From a bacterium (GTDB lineage: Bacteria; Zhuqueibacterota; Zhuqueibacteria; Residuimicrobiales; Krinioviventaceae), in NCBI GenBank assembly GCA_963693055.1, contig OY843751.1, positions 160,001 through 224,000 of the forward strand: a DNA stretch of 64,000 nt. The letters run 5' to 3'. The translations under genes were made by a program, and so were the position numbers. How positions within the stretch are numbered: position 1 is the stretch's first letter; every line of letters starts with the position of its first letter. Of the stretch, positions 10,275 to 20,463 are shown piece after piece. The notes under the pieces are model-generated. The model was given only the letters and a program-made list of their open reading frames with translations, made no database searches and was not told the origin of the DNA.

Positions 10275-10754
10275 TTAATCTTCAACTTCAATGACTTTGG
10301 TATTGGCAAGCTGGTCACCCCAGCGAGATCCATCCGGGCGGGTGACGATAAAAACAATTTCTACAACAAACGCTCCAATTACCAAAAGGATAACAAGCGG
10401 AATAAGCGCTATACCCACAATGGATACAATCAAAAGCAGTGTAACAACAGAACTGAGCAAGATTGCCGCGGCAAAGATCCAGTTACGTCTGATAGATTTG
10501 TTTAAATCCATCTCTGTATCATCTGTTGTAACAACACGGAGTTTCATCAATTTCTTGCCTATTGAACGTTTATCCATAAATTCAAAATCTAATCCGTCTC
10601 TTAGCAGCATATAAGCAGCGCCCAAAAATCCGCCAATTAACGGAATGAGACAGGCTGCATACGCAATAAGCGAGTCAATTATTGCTGCAATAAAGCGTTT
10701 TCCCAGGTCAGCTTTAACGCTTTCAGGTTCTTTCGCAGTGGTTTTGGCTGGCAT
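10275..10754 (-). CDS. RDD family membrane protein
   Basis: KRFIAAIID, SIGKKLMKLRVV, RWGDQLANTKV. Confidence 0.88.
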   Translation of the reverse strand: MPAKTTAKEPESVKADLGKRFIAAIIDSLIAYAACLIPLIGGFLGAAYMLLRDGLDFEFMDKRSIGKKLMKLRVVTTDDTEMDLNKSIRRNWIFAAAILLSSVVTLLLIVSIVGIALIPLVILLVIGAFVVEIVFIVTRPDGSRWGDQLANTKVIEVED

Positions 10755-10868
10755 GTATTTTCTCCTGTATTAAAATTAACAAATTAATTGCGACATTGCG
10801 ACATAGAGAATGTCTCGAAAATGTGAAAAACTTGATTTTTGCTAAATAATTGCGACATAAATTATCAC

Positions 10869-12362
10869 TTATGTCGCATTGTATTCATAAAATGTGCTTG
10901 GACCATTGCCTTTACGAGTTATTAATCCAAGACTTACCATGTGAGACAAATGCCTTTCAGCTTTTTTTCTGTCATATTTAAAAAAAGTTTCATAATCATT
11001 TCTTTTTAATCTACCTTTTAACTTTATAAAATCTAATCCAATAATTTCTTCATCGTTTAGTTCTTTAAATTGTTTATTTTCAGAAACGATTCTTGCACTT
11101 TTTTTATTTCTTGGGAAATGAAAAATTAAATATGGATCTTGGAAACTAGTTATTGGTAATGGCAAGTTATACTTGAGGGGTAAATCTTTAATAGTTTGAA
11201 AACCCAAGCCTCTTTGTTCAACAAGATCAAGTTGATCGAATGCATACATGATCTTTGGATTTCGACTTAGTGAGGGAGCGTTAAATTGTTTAAATTGTTC
11301 AAGATTTAATGGTGGAACAGGATGCCCAGGGCTTTTAATGATGATGGAATTATCATTAATCTCAAAGTATATTGGTGCGCCTTCGATATCATAGTCTCTA
11401 TGTACAATTGCATTTATTATCGTTTCACGAAGTACGCTTTCCGGGTAATCATAAATAAATTTTCTCTCGGGTTTTGATCGGTCAATTTGTTTTGCAATTT
11501 TATCTTTATACCAGTCAAAAATTTTATGAACTTGATTTACAAGAGATCCTTCTATAGTAGTGATGTCTTCACTACGACCTTTAGTTTTAAAAGTTGCTCT
11601 TATGAGAGCGTTGTTATAGAGTAATTGTGGTCTTTTACCGAATAACAATAGTCCTATTCCGGTCGGAATATTAACTCCTTTTTTATTTTCGATAAATCCC
11701 ATTTGCGAAAAAATTTCAATGAATTCATCGGATTGGGGAGATACATCAAGTTTTGCTTTATAAATAAAATGATCAATTTCAGACGGTGAAAAGTTTTCCA
11801 TATTAGAGTTCTTGACTGCTAATTCCTTGTTGCTAAGAACTTTTTTGGAGGGCTTTGATTTTATTTTTTTAGCTCTTTCTTCCGCTTCTTTTATAAAATG
11901 TTTATTTGATTTGCGGATTTTTTCTTGTAAATCAAGATCAAACATTTCTACCTGGATTCCATTTTCAAGTAGATAATTTATCCCTTTTCTATCTACAGTA
12001 GGATCAGGGTCTTCAATGCCAATCCAAACTTTTTTTATACGTGCATTAACAATTCTTTCTGCGCAGCTCAATTTGGGGTGATTTCTTGCTCCAGGAGCAC
12101 ATGGTTCCAGTGTTACAAATAAAAGTGAACCATCTAATTTATTTGCTCTATTCTTCCTTTCGAGTAAGGTAAATTCAGCGTGATCACCCTCTCGCAATTC
12201 TCCCCGATAAGCTTTTTCTATGTCTCCATTTGGTTTTACTAATACAGCCCCTACTTGTGGACATGTTTTATCGTCTCTTGGTTCGTGAATAGATAAATCC
12301 ATTGTTTGAGTGGCCATTTCCATATAATCTCTTGGTGAATAAGTATTATTTTTACTTTGCAA
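10869..12362 (-). CDS. Zn-dependent cytidine/RibD-like deaminase fused to RecG-C/HATPase_c_4 domain and C-terminal winged HTH
   Basis: N-term VGAVLV, DHAEF, VTLEPC-x10-C, GIEDPDP; middle YPESVLRETIINAIVHRDY, KSPG, RNPKI, EQRGLG; C-term AERHLSHMVSLGLITRKGNGPSTFY; visibly more AT-rich than flanks. Confidence 0.82.
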   Translation of the reverse strand: MQSKNNTYSPRDYMEMATQTMDLSIHEPRDDKTCPQVGAVLVKPNGDIEKAYRGELREGDHAEFTLLERKNRANKLDGSLLFVTLEPCAPGARNHPKLSCAERIVNARIKKVWIGIEDPDPTVDRKGINYLLENGIQVEMFDLDLQEKIRKSNKHFIKEAEERAKKIKSKPSKKVLSNKELAVKNSNMENFSPSEIDHFIYKAKLDVSPQSDEFIEIFSQMGFIENKKGVNIPTGIGLLLFGKRPQLLYNNALIRATFKTKGRSEDITTIEGSLVNQVHKIFDWYKDKIAKQIDRSKPERKFIYDYPESVLRETIINAIVHRDYDIEGAPIYFEINDNSIIIKSPGHPVPPLNLEQFKQFNAPSLSRNPKIMYAFDQLDLVEQRGLGFQTIKDLPLKYNLPLPITSFQDPYLIFHFPRNKKSARIVSENKQFKELNDEEIIGLDFIKLKGRLKRNDYETFFKYDRKKAERHLSHMVSLGLITRKGNGPSTFYEYNAT

Positions 12363-12542
12363 TATTCTACCTTAATTTGAAATGTTCCCTGATCATACTT
12401 TTCTAACCAAATTGTTTGTTTTTGTTATATATTTCACTACTATTAGTACGTAAATGTTGGAATGTTCCGTATTTACAAGGTGTTCTGTACTTACAATACA
12501 AAAAAAAATACTTTTTCGCAAAGCGAATTTTCAGGAGGTTAC

Positions 12543-13376
12543 ATGAAAAAAAGAATCTGGATCCTGGCGGTTGTTATAGCCGCGGGACTACTGGCAAGTT
12601 GTGCCGCATTGCAGGAAATGGTGCAAGCTCCCACCGTTCGGGTTGGCAATGTTGCTATGAATGATTTTACATTCCAGGATGTAACGCTCGATTTTGGCCT
12701 GGATGTGAATAATCCCAATGTCTTTGGTGTAGAGTTGTTAGGGTTTGATTATCAATTTGTTATTGAAGATAACGAGTTCTTGAAAGGCACCGAAGACAAA
12801 ACCCTGAGCATTACTCCGCAATCCAAGAGCACGGTTAATATACCCATCAAGATCAATTTTAAGGAATTGTATTCTCTCCTGACCAAGGTCAAAGATTTGG
12901 ATTCGCTTTCTTATCACCTGACCGGGAATTTTAAACCCGGTGGTTTACTTGCGGGGGTAAATATTCCTTTTAATAAAAAAGGAACCTTGCCCAATGTACG
13001 TGTGCCCAAGATCAGCCTAAAAGGTGTGAAAATTGATAAAATGGGTTTTTCAGGGGTAGATCTTGCCGTAAATCTGGGGATTGAAAATATCAACTCTTTT
13101 GCGTTCAACCTGGGCAAACTGGATTATAACATCAGCCTGGGCGGCAATTCAGTAGCAACCGGCATGACAGACAAACTGGCAGAAATACCAGCAAAACAGA
13201 GTGGACAAGTCAGCATTCCCTTGTCACTTAACCTGTCAGGGCTTTCATCATTATATTCATTGCTAACAGGCAAGTCTGTAGATTGTGGAATTGTGGGAAG
13301 CGCGCAATTGAACAGCCCCCTGGGAGCATTTACATTGCCTATTGATGCATCGCAGAATGTGAAAATTTTTAAATAA
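12543..13376 (+). CDS. LEA type 2 (two WHy domains) lipoprotein
   Basis: GGAGG before ATG 12543; lipobox LLASC; VNNPNVFGV and IENINSFAF WHy-type motifs. Confidence 0.85.
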   Translation: MKKRIWILAVVIAAGLLASCAALQEMVQAPTVRVGNVAMNDFTFQDVTLDFGLDVNNPNVFGVELLGFDYQFVIEDNEFLKGTEDKTLSITPQSKSTVNIPIKINFKELYSLLTKVKDLDSLSYHLTGNFKPGGLLAGVNIPFNKKGTLPNVRVPKISLKGVKIDKMGFSGVDLAVNLGIENINSFAFNLGKLDYNISLGGNSVATGMTDKLAEIPAKQSGQVSIPLSLNLSGLSSLYSLLTGKSVDCGIVGSAQLNSPLGAFTLPIDASQNVKIFK

Positions 13377-14547
13377 TATCAAAAAAGTGTTCACAAACAG
13401 AATCGTATAACAACAGTCCCTGGCGGGTCAATGCCAGGGATTTTTTATTTAGAGTCAATAATTTGCCAGTGGGAGATTGTACAAAGGGTTTGGTATCGCT
13501 GTCTATCCCTCCAAGGCGGGTAATCACATCCGCAGCTTTTGTTTGCAATTCATAACCGGCAAGATTTTGCCAGGCTTTCATGGATATGCCAGTCGTTCTA
13601 CGCAAACCCAGCAGTATCATTTCTTCCAGACGCTGTTCGTGGGTAAGGATTTCATTATTCTCTATAACAGATATGCTTTTTTGCAGGCTGGCATTGTATT
13701 GATGAAAATTGGCAATGTTCCACCAACGGGCATTGCCGTCAAAGGAATGGGCAGATGGTCCCAATCCATAATAAGTCGATCCATCCCAATATTTTTGATT
13801 ATGTCTGGATTCCATACCCGGTTTTGCCAGGTTTGAAATCTCGTACAAGTGGTATCCATGTTTTTCCAGAATATCTGTTCCCAGAATGTACATGTCCCGC
13901 TCAAGTTCTTCGTCGCATTTGTATAATGTACGGTTTCGGATAGCTTTGTCGAGCGGTGTTCCTTGTTCAACAGTAAGACCATACATGGAGATGTGATCAG
14001 GTGCCAGTTCTACTGCCTTTAATATATTGTTTTCCCAACTGGAACGACTCTGGTCGGGTATGCCAAAAATGAGATCAATGCCAATGTTTTTGAATCCCGC
14101 ATTTCTCGCCTTTTGGATTGCAGAGACAGCCTGTTCGCTGTTGTGTATGCGGCTCAGGATTTTCAATTCATCATCCTGAAAGGATTGTGTACCTATGGTT
14201 ATGCGATTGAATCCGGCATTTAAAAAATCTACCAGATTTGCATCCAACAGTGTGCCGGGATTGGCTTCAAAAGAGATTTCACAATCCAGAGTTGTATTGG
14301 TTTGGCTCTTGATACGTTCAAGTATGGATTTATAGATTGACGGACCAATCAGAGAAGGTGTACCGCCTCCAAAATAAATAGTAGAGACTGAATGATCTTT
14401 GATATTGTCAAGAACCTGTTCCAACTCAATGTTTAAGGATTTTATGAATGTGGCTGTATTACCCAGACTCGTGATAGAGTAAAAGTCACAATAAATGCAT
14501 TTGTGCTTGCAAAAGGGGATGTGAAAATATAGAGAAACACTGCTCAT
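13369..14547 (-). CDS. hemW: Radical SAM heme chaperone HemW (HemN-like)
   Basis: LYFHIPFCKHKCIYCDF (CxxxCxxC), YFGGGTPS, EANP, YEISN, HNQKYW, GLGPSAHS; start moved to MSSVSLY. Confidence 0.9.
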   Translation of the reverse strand: MSSVSLYFHIPFCKHKCIYCDFYSITSLGNTATFIKSLNIELEQVLDNIKDHSVSTIYFGGGTPSLIGPSIYKSILERIKSQTNTTLDCEISFEANPGTLLDANLVDFLNAGFNRITIGTQSFQDDELKILSRIHNSEQAVSAIQKARNAGFKNIGIDLIFGIPDQSRSSWENNILKAVELAPDHISMYGLTVEQGTPLDKAIRNRTLYKCDEELERDMYILGTDILEKHGYHLYEISNLAKPGMESRHNQKYWDGSTYYGLGPSAHSFDGNARWWNIANFHQYNASLQKSISVIENNEILTHEQRLEEMILLGLRRTTGISMKAWQNLAGYELQTKAADVITRLGGIDSDTKPFVQSPTGKLLTLNKKSLALTRQGLLLYDSVCEHFFDII

Positions 14548-14551
14548 CAGG

Positions 14552-15274
14552 CTATCGGATGACGTCAAAAATGCGGTTCCAGCGAATTTTTGATGTAATT
14601 TTCCAAAGCGGTTCGTGCATATTCCAGGACCAATAGATAACCAGTGCCTCGCCCACAATATTTTCCTTGGGCATAAATCCCCAGATCCGGCTGTCTGCAC
14701 TATTGTCCCGATTATCTCCCATCATAAAGTATTGGCCTTCAGGGACAACTATGGGGCCATAATATCTGCTACTGGGCGTTATACCGGCGTATTTACGGAT
14801 TGTATATTCTTTACCCAATACGGTTTTGATTTTAAAATAATTGATGTAAATTCCTTCTTCGGCATCAAATTCTTTGTGTGTGAATTCCTGTTTCTCATAA
14901 GGCTTGTGATTAAGGAAAACAATGCCGTCCATAACCTGAACAGTATCTCCTTCTAGGGCCACGCACCTTTTGATATAATCCAGAGATTCATCTTTAGGGT
15001 ATTTGAATACAATAATATCTCCCCGTTTGGGTTTTTTCAAGGCGGGAAAGCGAAAAGATGGGAGTTTAATATCGGTCATCATGATGTGTTCAGGAGTCTG
15101 TGCACCATAAACAAATTTATTAACAAGGAGAAAATCGCCAATAAGGAGAGTATCTTTCATAGAACCGGTTGGAATTCGAAATGCCTGAATGACAAAAGCC
15201 CGAAGAACAAGCGCTGCTACAATGGCAAACACAAAAGCTTCAATATATTCCCGAATGACATTTTTCTTGCTCAT
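14552..15274 (-). CDS. lepB: Signal peptidase I (paralogue 2)
   Basis: IPTGSMKDTL (catalytic Ser), DYIKRCV (catalytic Lys), MMGDNRDNSADSR. Confidence 0.95.
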   Translation of the reverse strand: MSKKNVIREYIEAFVFAIVAALVLRAFVIQAFRIPTGSMKDTLLIGDFLLVNKFVYGAQTPEHIMMTDIKLPSFRFPALKKPKRGDIIVFKYPKDESLDYIKRCVALEGDTVQVMDGIVFLNHKPYEKQEFTHKEFDAEEGIYINYFKIKTVLGKEYTIRKYAGITPSSRYYGPIVVPEGQYFMMGDNRDNSADSRIWGFMPKENIVGEALVIYWSWNMHEPLWKITSKIRWNRIFDVIR

Positions 15275-15330
15275 TTGACCTCGTTTTTAAAACCATAAAT
15301 AAATCAAATTTTGTCTAAAAAACAAGCGAT

Positions 15331-15363
15331 AAAAAAAAGGGCGACAATTGCTTGCCGCCCTTT
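15331..15363 (-). terminator. Rho-independent terminator between the two lepB genes
   Basis: Minus strand GGGCGGCAA-gcaa-TTGTCGCCC followed by T8. Confidence 0.75.
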
Positions 15364-15382
15364 AAGCTTATTTAAAAATTTA

Positions 15383-16108
15383 TCAACGGATCACGTCAAA
15401 AATACGTTCCCATCGTACTTTGGAAACAATCTTCCACAGAGGCGGAAACTTGTCCCAGGACCAGTAGATAATCAGCGCCTCGCCCACAATGTTTTCCATG
15501 GGCATAAATCCCCATACACGGCTGTCTGCACTGTTGTCGCGGTTGTCTCCCATCATGAATAAATGATTTTCAGGAACGACTACCGGTCCAAAATCAGCAA
15601 GCCTGGATTTGTATTTAGCATAGCGGCGAATGGTATATTCTTTACCCAATGACGTCTTGACCGAGTAATAGTTGACTTCAAAACGGTCTTCGGGATCATA
15701 TTCTTTTTTCTGAAATTCTGCCGTTTCGTAAGGTTTGTTGTTTAGAAACACGATATTATTTTTGACTTCTATGGTGTCTCCGGCAAGGGCTACACAGCGT
15801 TTGATGTAATTCAATTTTTTGTCGCGTGGATATTGAAAAACAACAATATCACCACGTTTGGGTTGTTTAACAGCGGGAAATCGAAAAGAGGGAAGCTGTA
15901 TATCGGTAAGTATGATACGGTCCGGAGTTTTGGCCCCGTAAACAAATTTGTTTACCAGCAAAAAGTCACCCACCAAAAGTGTATCTTTCATGGAGCCTGT
16001 AGGGATTCTATAAGATTGGATAATGACTGCCCGGATCAGTAATGCAACAATCAATGCAAACGCAAAAGACTCTACATAATCTCGAATAACATTTTTCTTT
16101 TTCATCAT
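15383..16108 (-). CDS. lepB: Signal peptidase I (paralogue 1)
   Basis: IPTGSMKDTL, NYIKRCV, MMGDNRDNSADSR. Confidence 0.95.
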   Translation of the reverse strand: MMKKKNVIRDYVESFAFALIVALLIRAVIIQSYRIPTGSMKDTLLVGDFLLVNKFVYGAKTPDRIILTDIQLPSFRFPAVKQPKRGDIVVFQYPRDKKLNYIKRCVALAGDTIEVKNNIVFLNNKPYETAEFQKKEYDPEDRFEVNYYSVKTSLGKEYTIRRYAKYKSRLADFGPVVVPENHLFMMGDNRDNSADSRVWGFMPMENIVGEALIIYWSWDKFPPLWKIVSKVRWERIFDVIR

Positions 16109-16112
16109 TCCT

Positions 16113-17738
16113 CTAAAAACATTCTTTTATTTTAACAATTTGTTTTTTTGCAATTGTTGATGTAGCTAAAAATGTAACAATAGACAAGATAATCATAATT
16201 ATTAAAGCAAACCAGGTGTTTATTGCAGTCAAAACAACACCGGTTAATACCAAAATACCGGTATACAACAAGATGGATACATTCAACAAAACGCCACCGG
16301 TTTCACCCAGCATAGCCCGTGGATTGTCCCATTTTAATTGCGAGTATTTTACACCTATCAATAATCCAATTCCGGTAATGGCAGCAATATGAAATAACAG
16401 AAAAACAGTAATTTGTGCAATAATAATCAGCGAGGGTCTGCTAATAATAGAAATTGTAAGCAACCCGATGGATACTGCTAAAAAAGTCAATATTGCGGGT
16501 AAAACTTTTTTTGATTGCAGCAGAAAAGAAAACGGCAGCGGGCAAATCAAATTGTTGTAAAACGCTTTTTTCTCAATTGCAATGGATCGTGATGCAAGTC
16601 CGCCAGCCATAATTGTTGCTGCAAGTATCAGTAATGTAAACGGTTGGTAGTGGCTAATAGTTTCATTTGTAATGGGCAGGGTTGTGTTCAGTGCCGTGGA
16701 AAACACAATCACCAATGCAACAAAAAAGAACAGTTGCGTTACAAAACGGCTATCACGGATGTTGAGTTTCCAGTCCCGTTCTATCAATGCGGTAAAGACC
16801 TTGTGGCTTTTACTGTGGGATATATCTCTGGTTCTCTTTACCGATTGATGTGGAAACATTGCAGTTTCTGAAAAAATAAATTTTTCGTTTTCATGCGCAT
16901 ATTGTAGCAACCAGGAGGATATATAGCCCAGCAGAATACATGTCATAGTCAGCAAGCCTGCAAAAAGGATGAAATGAGTAATTGAACCTAATAACAGAGC
17001 TTTTAACGATAAAACCAGCCAGACAGAAGGCATCCAGCTCATTTGCCGGATTGAATTGTTACCTAAAAAGTGCTCAAAAATGTCTCGATCAAACTCGCCC
17101 GAAAATGGATCAATGCGGTCAAAATTATAAAACTGGATCAGGGTCCAAATTCCAATAATTATGAATCCCAATACGATTGAAGATACCTGGCGGCTTTTTT
17201 TTACCGGAAGGATAAAAGCAATTAACGCTGACAACAGGGAAGAGATGCCGGAAGGGATAACCAGGAAAACAGCAATCAATATCAGAATAGGTATCAGATA
17301 AACCAGATTATAGTTTAAAACATAAAACAGTGCTAAAAGTATTGGCAATCCAATCAAGGCGAACGCAGTGCTATTGGCAAGAGTCTGTTCAAATAGTTTG
17401 TATTGAAACAAGGTTGTTTTTTTGACAGGCAATGAAAACAACAGCGGTAGATCTTTGGCCAAAAAGTGATAATGCAGAGCCAATGGTATTCCGCTAAAGA
17501 TCATGAGAAAAAACAAGCCGGTAATACTGAGAAGCGTATAGTTGTAAATGATATCAATTTTAAATCCGGGTAGCATCGTCCAGCTGGAAAAGAGTTCAAC
17601 AGTAGATTGATATACCCACCAGGGAATGAATAACAGCAAGAGCGAGCGAAGAACACGACTGCGATAGTTGGGAGCATTTTTTTTACGAAGAAAAGCGGTT
17701 AGCAGCAATAATCTGTTTTTTATCAGAACAAACAGCAT
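16113..17738 (-). CDS. Putative ABC-2 type exporter permease
   Basis: Many hydrophobic segments, DLPLLFSLPV motif, adjacent to ABC ATPase. Confidence 0.75.
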   Translation of the reverse strand: MLFVLIKNRLLLLTAFLRKKNAPNYRSRVLRSLLLLFIPWWVYQSTVELFSSWTMLPGFKIDIIYNYTLLSITGLFFLMIFSGIPLALHYHFLAKDLPLLFSLPVKKTTLFQYKLFEQTLANSTAFALIGLPILLALFYVLNYNLVYLIPILILIAVFLVIPSGISSLLSALIAFILPVKKSRQVSSIVLGFIIIGIWTLIQFYNFDRIDPFSGEFDRDIFEHFLGNNSIRQMSWMPSVWLVLSLKALLLGSITHFILFAGLLTMTCILLGYISSWLLQYAHENEKFIFSETAMFPHQSVKRTRDISHSKSHKVFTALIERDWKLNIRDSRFVTQLFFFVALVIVFSTALNTTLPITNETISHYQPFTLLILAATIMAGGLASRSIAIEKKAFYNNLICPLPFSFLLQSKKVLPAILTFLAVSIGLLTISIISRPSLIIIAQITVFLLFHIAAITGIGLLIGVKYSQLKWDNPRAMLGETGGVLLNVSILLYTGILVLTGVVLTAINTWFALIIMIILSIVTFLATSTIAKKQIVKIKECF

Positions 17739-17739
17739 T

Positions 17740-18498
17740 TTATAGCTCGCTGTTCAGAAATGAATGTACACTGTCACTACCTGCTGAATCTGTAAGGTCC
17801 AGAAACAGATCTTCAAGAGTACCGTTGTTAGAATATTGGTTGCGCAATTCCGCGGGTGTGCCCAGGGCAACAAGTTCGCCTTTGTTAATAATACCAATTC
17901 TGTCACACATGGATTCAGCAATTTCTAAAATATGCGTAGACATGAAAACGGTCCGGCCTTTTTCAACCCACCCCTTTAACAAGTCTTTCAGGTTTCTGAC
18001 GGCCTTGGGGTCCAGTCCGGATGTGGGTTCATCTAAAATCAATACCTGGGGATCGTGAATCAGCGCGGCAACAATGGCAATTTTTTGCTTCATGCCGTGC
18101 GAATAGTCTTCTATAAAGTCACCCACTCGCTCCTGAATGTTGAAAATGTCGAACAACTGCTGCATACGGATTTCAATAAGGGAGTGAGGGACTTTATGCA
18201 GGGTTGCAATAAACCGAATATACTCAATGCCAGTGAGCTTTTCATAGAGGAACGGTTCTTCCGGCACCAAGCCAAACTTGGCCTTGGCAGTTTCCGGATA
18301 TTGAAGCATATCAATGCCACCGATCTCGATAGCCCCCTGTGAAGGCTGGATAAGACCTGTCATCATTTTTATGGTAGTGGTTTTGCCTGCCCCATTGGGA
18401 CCCAAAAATACAAAAAGCTCATTGTTGATTTCCAGGTCCAGATTGTTTACCGCGGCAACTTTACCATATGATTTATATAAATTTGACAGTTTAATCAT
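17740..18498 (-). CDS. ABC transporter ATP-binding protein
   Basis: Walker A GPNGAGKTT, signature YSHGMKQK, Walker B ILDEPTSGLD, STH. Confidence 0.95.
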   Translation of the reverse strand: MIKLSNLYKSYGKVAAVNNLDLEINNELFVFLGPNGAGKTTTIKMMTGLIQPSQGAIEIGGIDMLQYPETAKAKFGLVPEEPFLYEKLTGIEYIRFIATLHKVPHSLIEIRMQQLFDIFNIQERVGDFIEDYSHGMKQKIAIVAALIHDPQVLILDEPTSGLDPKAVRNLKDLLKGWVEKGRTVFMSTHILEIAESMCDRIGIINKGELVALGTPAELRNQYSNNGTLEDLFLDLTDSAGSDSVHSFLNSEL

Positions 18499-18502
18499 TA
18501 GC

Positions 18503-20299
18503 TTAGTCAGTTTTCAATATGGCAAGAAAAGCTTCCTGTGGTACCTGTACGGTACCCAGTTGCTTCATTCGCTTTTTACCCTCTTTTTGTTTCTCTAAAA
18601 GTTTACGTTTACGACTAATATCGCCACCGTAACATTTTGCTGTTACGTTTTTACGTAATGCGTTTATGGTTTCGCGCGAAATTACCTTGCTGCCAATAGA
18701 AGCCTGTATGGCAATTTTAAACATTTGTCTGGGAATCAGCTCTTTGAGTTTTTCACAAACTCTGCGGCCCCAGTCATATGCCTTGTCTTCATGTACAATT
18801 ACAGACAAGGCGTCTACTTTATCACCATTGAGCAGGATATCGAGACGAACAACTCTGCTGGGCTTGTATTCCTTGAATTCATAATCAAATGATGCATAAC
18901 CGCGAGTTATGGATTTCAGTTTATCGTAAAAGTCAAAAATAACTTCAGCCAGGGGGAATTCATAATGCAGGTTGGCGCGTGTTTTGTCTATATATTCTGT
19001 GTTTAAATATGTTCCGCGTCTTTCCTGTGCCAATGCCATAATGTTGCCAACAAATTCAGAAGGTGTCAATATGCTTGAACGGATAATAGGCTCTTCAACA
19101 CGATTGATATCTCCCGCGGATGGAAGGTTGGCAGGATTATCTACAATCAGTTTTTCACCGCTGTTGGTATAACAGTGAAACTCTACGTTGGGAACCGTTG
19201 TTACCAGGTCGAGCAGGTATTCACGTTCAAGACGTTCCTGAATAATTTCCATGTGCAATAAACCCAGGAATCCGCATCTGAAACCAAATCCCAGGGCAAC
19301 CGAAGTTTCCGGCTCGTAAAAGAGTGCCGAATCGTTCAGCTTTAATTTTTCAAGCGCCGCCCGCAAGTCTTCGTAATCATCCGTATCGGAAGGAAATAAT
19401 CCACTGAAAACCATAGGTTTAATTTCACGGTATCCGGAAAGAGGTTCAGGGGCAGGATTATCCATTGTTGTAATTGTATCACCCACCTTGGTATCCTTGA
19501 CTTCTTTGGCGCCGGCAATAATATAGCCAACTTCACCTGCAGAGAGCCTGTCCCGTTTGACTTGCTGCATACGGAAAATGCCCACTTCCTGGGCTTCATA
19601 GACCTTGCCTGTGGAAAAGAATTTTATATCCTGACCTTTGCTGATATATCCGTCTTTGATACGAATGTATGCAACGGCCCCACGATACGAGTTGAACATG
19701 GAATCAAAAATCAACGCACGGGTGGGTGCATCAGGATCGCCGCTTGGCGGAGGAACTGATTTAACGATGGCTTCTAAAATGTCATTTATACCCTGGCCGG
19801 TTTTTGCACTTGTCAGTACAATCTCTTCATCTTTACAGCCAATAAGATCAATAATTTGCTGTTTTACATCTTCAATTTGTGCACTAGGCAGGTCAATTTT
19901 GTTAATGACTGGTATGATTTCCAGATCGTTTTCTATTGCCATGTACAAATTGCTGACGGTTTGGGCTTCAACACCCTGAGCTGCGTCTACAATGAGCAAC
20001 GCGCCTTCGCATGCGGCAAGGCTACGCGATACTTCATAAGTAAAATCCACATGTCCCGGAGTATCAATCAAATTAAGGATATATTTTTGATTGTCTTTAC
20101 TCTTGTACTCCATAGTAATTGCGTGCATTTTGATGGTAATGCCGCGCTCACGTTCCAGATCCATACTGTCAAGCACCTGGTTCTGCATTTCCATTTTACT
20201 GAGCGTGCCGGTTTCTTCTAGCAACCGGTCAGCCAATGTTGATTTGCCATGATCAATATGGGCAATTATACAAAAATTTCTTATATGTTCCTGATTCAT
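18503..20299 (-). CDS. lepA: Elongation factor 4 (LepA)
   Basis: [64 protein letters not shown]. Confidence 0.99.
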   Translation of the reverse strand: MNQEHIRNFCIIAHIDHGKSTLADRLLEETGTLSKMEMQNQVLDSMDLERERGITIKMHAITMEYKSKDNQKYILNLIDTPGHVDFTYEVSRSLAACEGALLIVDAAQGVEAQTVSNLYMAIENDLEIIPVINKIDLPSAQIEDVKQQIIDLIGCKDEEIVLTSAKTGQGINDILEAIVKSVPPPSGDPDAPTRALIFDSMFNSYRGAVAYIRIKDGYISKGQDIKFFSTGKVYEAQEVGIFRMQQVKRDRLSAGEVGYIIAGAKEVKDTKVGDTITTMDNPAPEPLSGYREIKPMVFSGLFPSDTDDYEDLRAALEKLKLNDSALFYEPETSVALGFGFRCGFLGLLHMEIIQERLEREYLLDLVTTVPNVEFHCYTNSGEKLIVDNPANLPSAGDINRVEEPIIRSSILTPSEFVGNIMALAQERRGTYLNTEYIDKTRANLHYEFPLAEVIFDFYDKLKSITRGYASFDYEFKEYKPSRVVRLDILLNGDKVDALSVIVHEDKAYDWGRRVCEKLKELIPRQMFKIAIQASIGSKVISRETINALRKNVTAKCYGGDISRKRKLLEKQKEGKKRMKQLGTVQVPQEAFLAILKTD

Positions 20300-20463
20300 A
20301 TACTCTTCTTTTATTGAACAAACATGCTATAAAAACATTTAATTTACGAAATTACTTTCAAGAAATCAAGTGCAAGTGTTGAACATTTACCTTGATATTT
20401 TAAAAAAAATGGAATAACGTTTCCTGTAAACGGGGTTTACATTTGCATAAATATGGAGTGATT

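Noticed and set aside
10869-12362. Annotation as riboflavin RibD or as RecG helicase
   Set aside because: No reductase domain and no rib genes nearby; no SF2 helicase motifs, only the RecG-C-like HATPase domain
14548-14700. N-terminal extension of the 443-aa hemW ORF
   Set aside because: Overlaps lepB in another frame; family similarity starts at MSSVSLYFHIPFC (14547)
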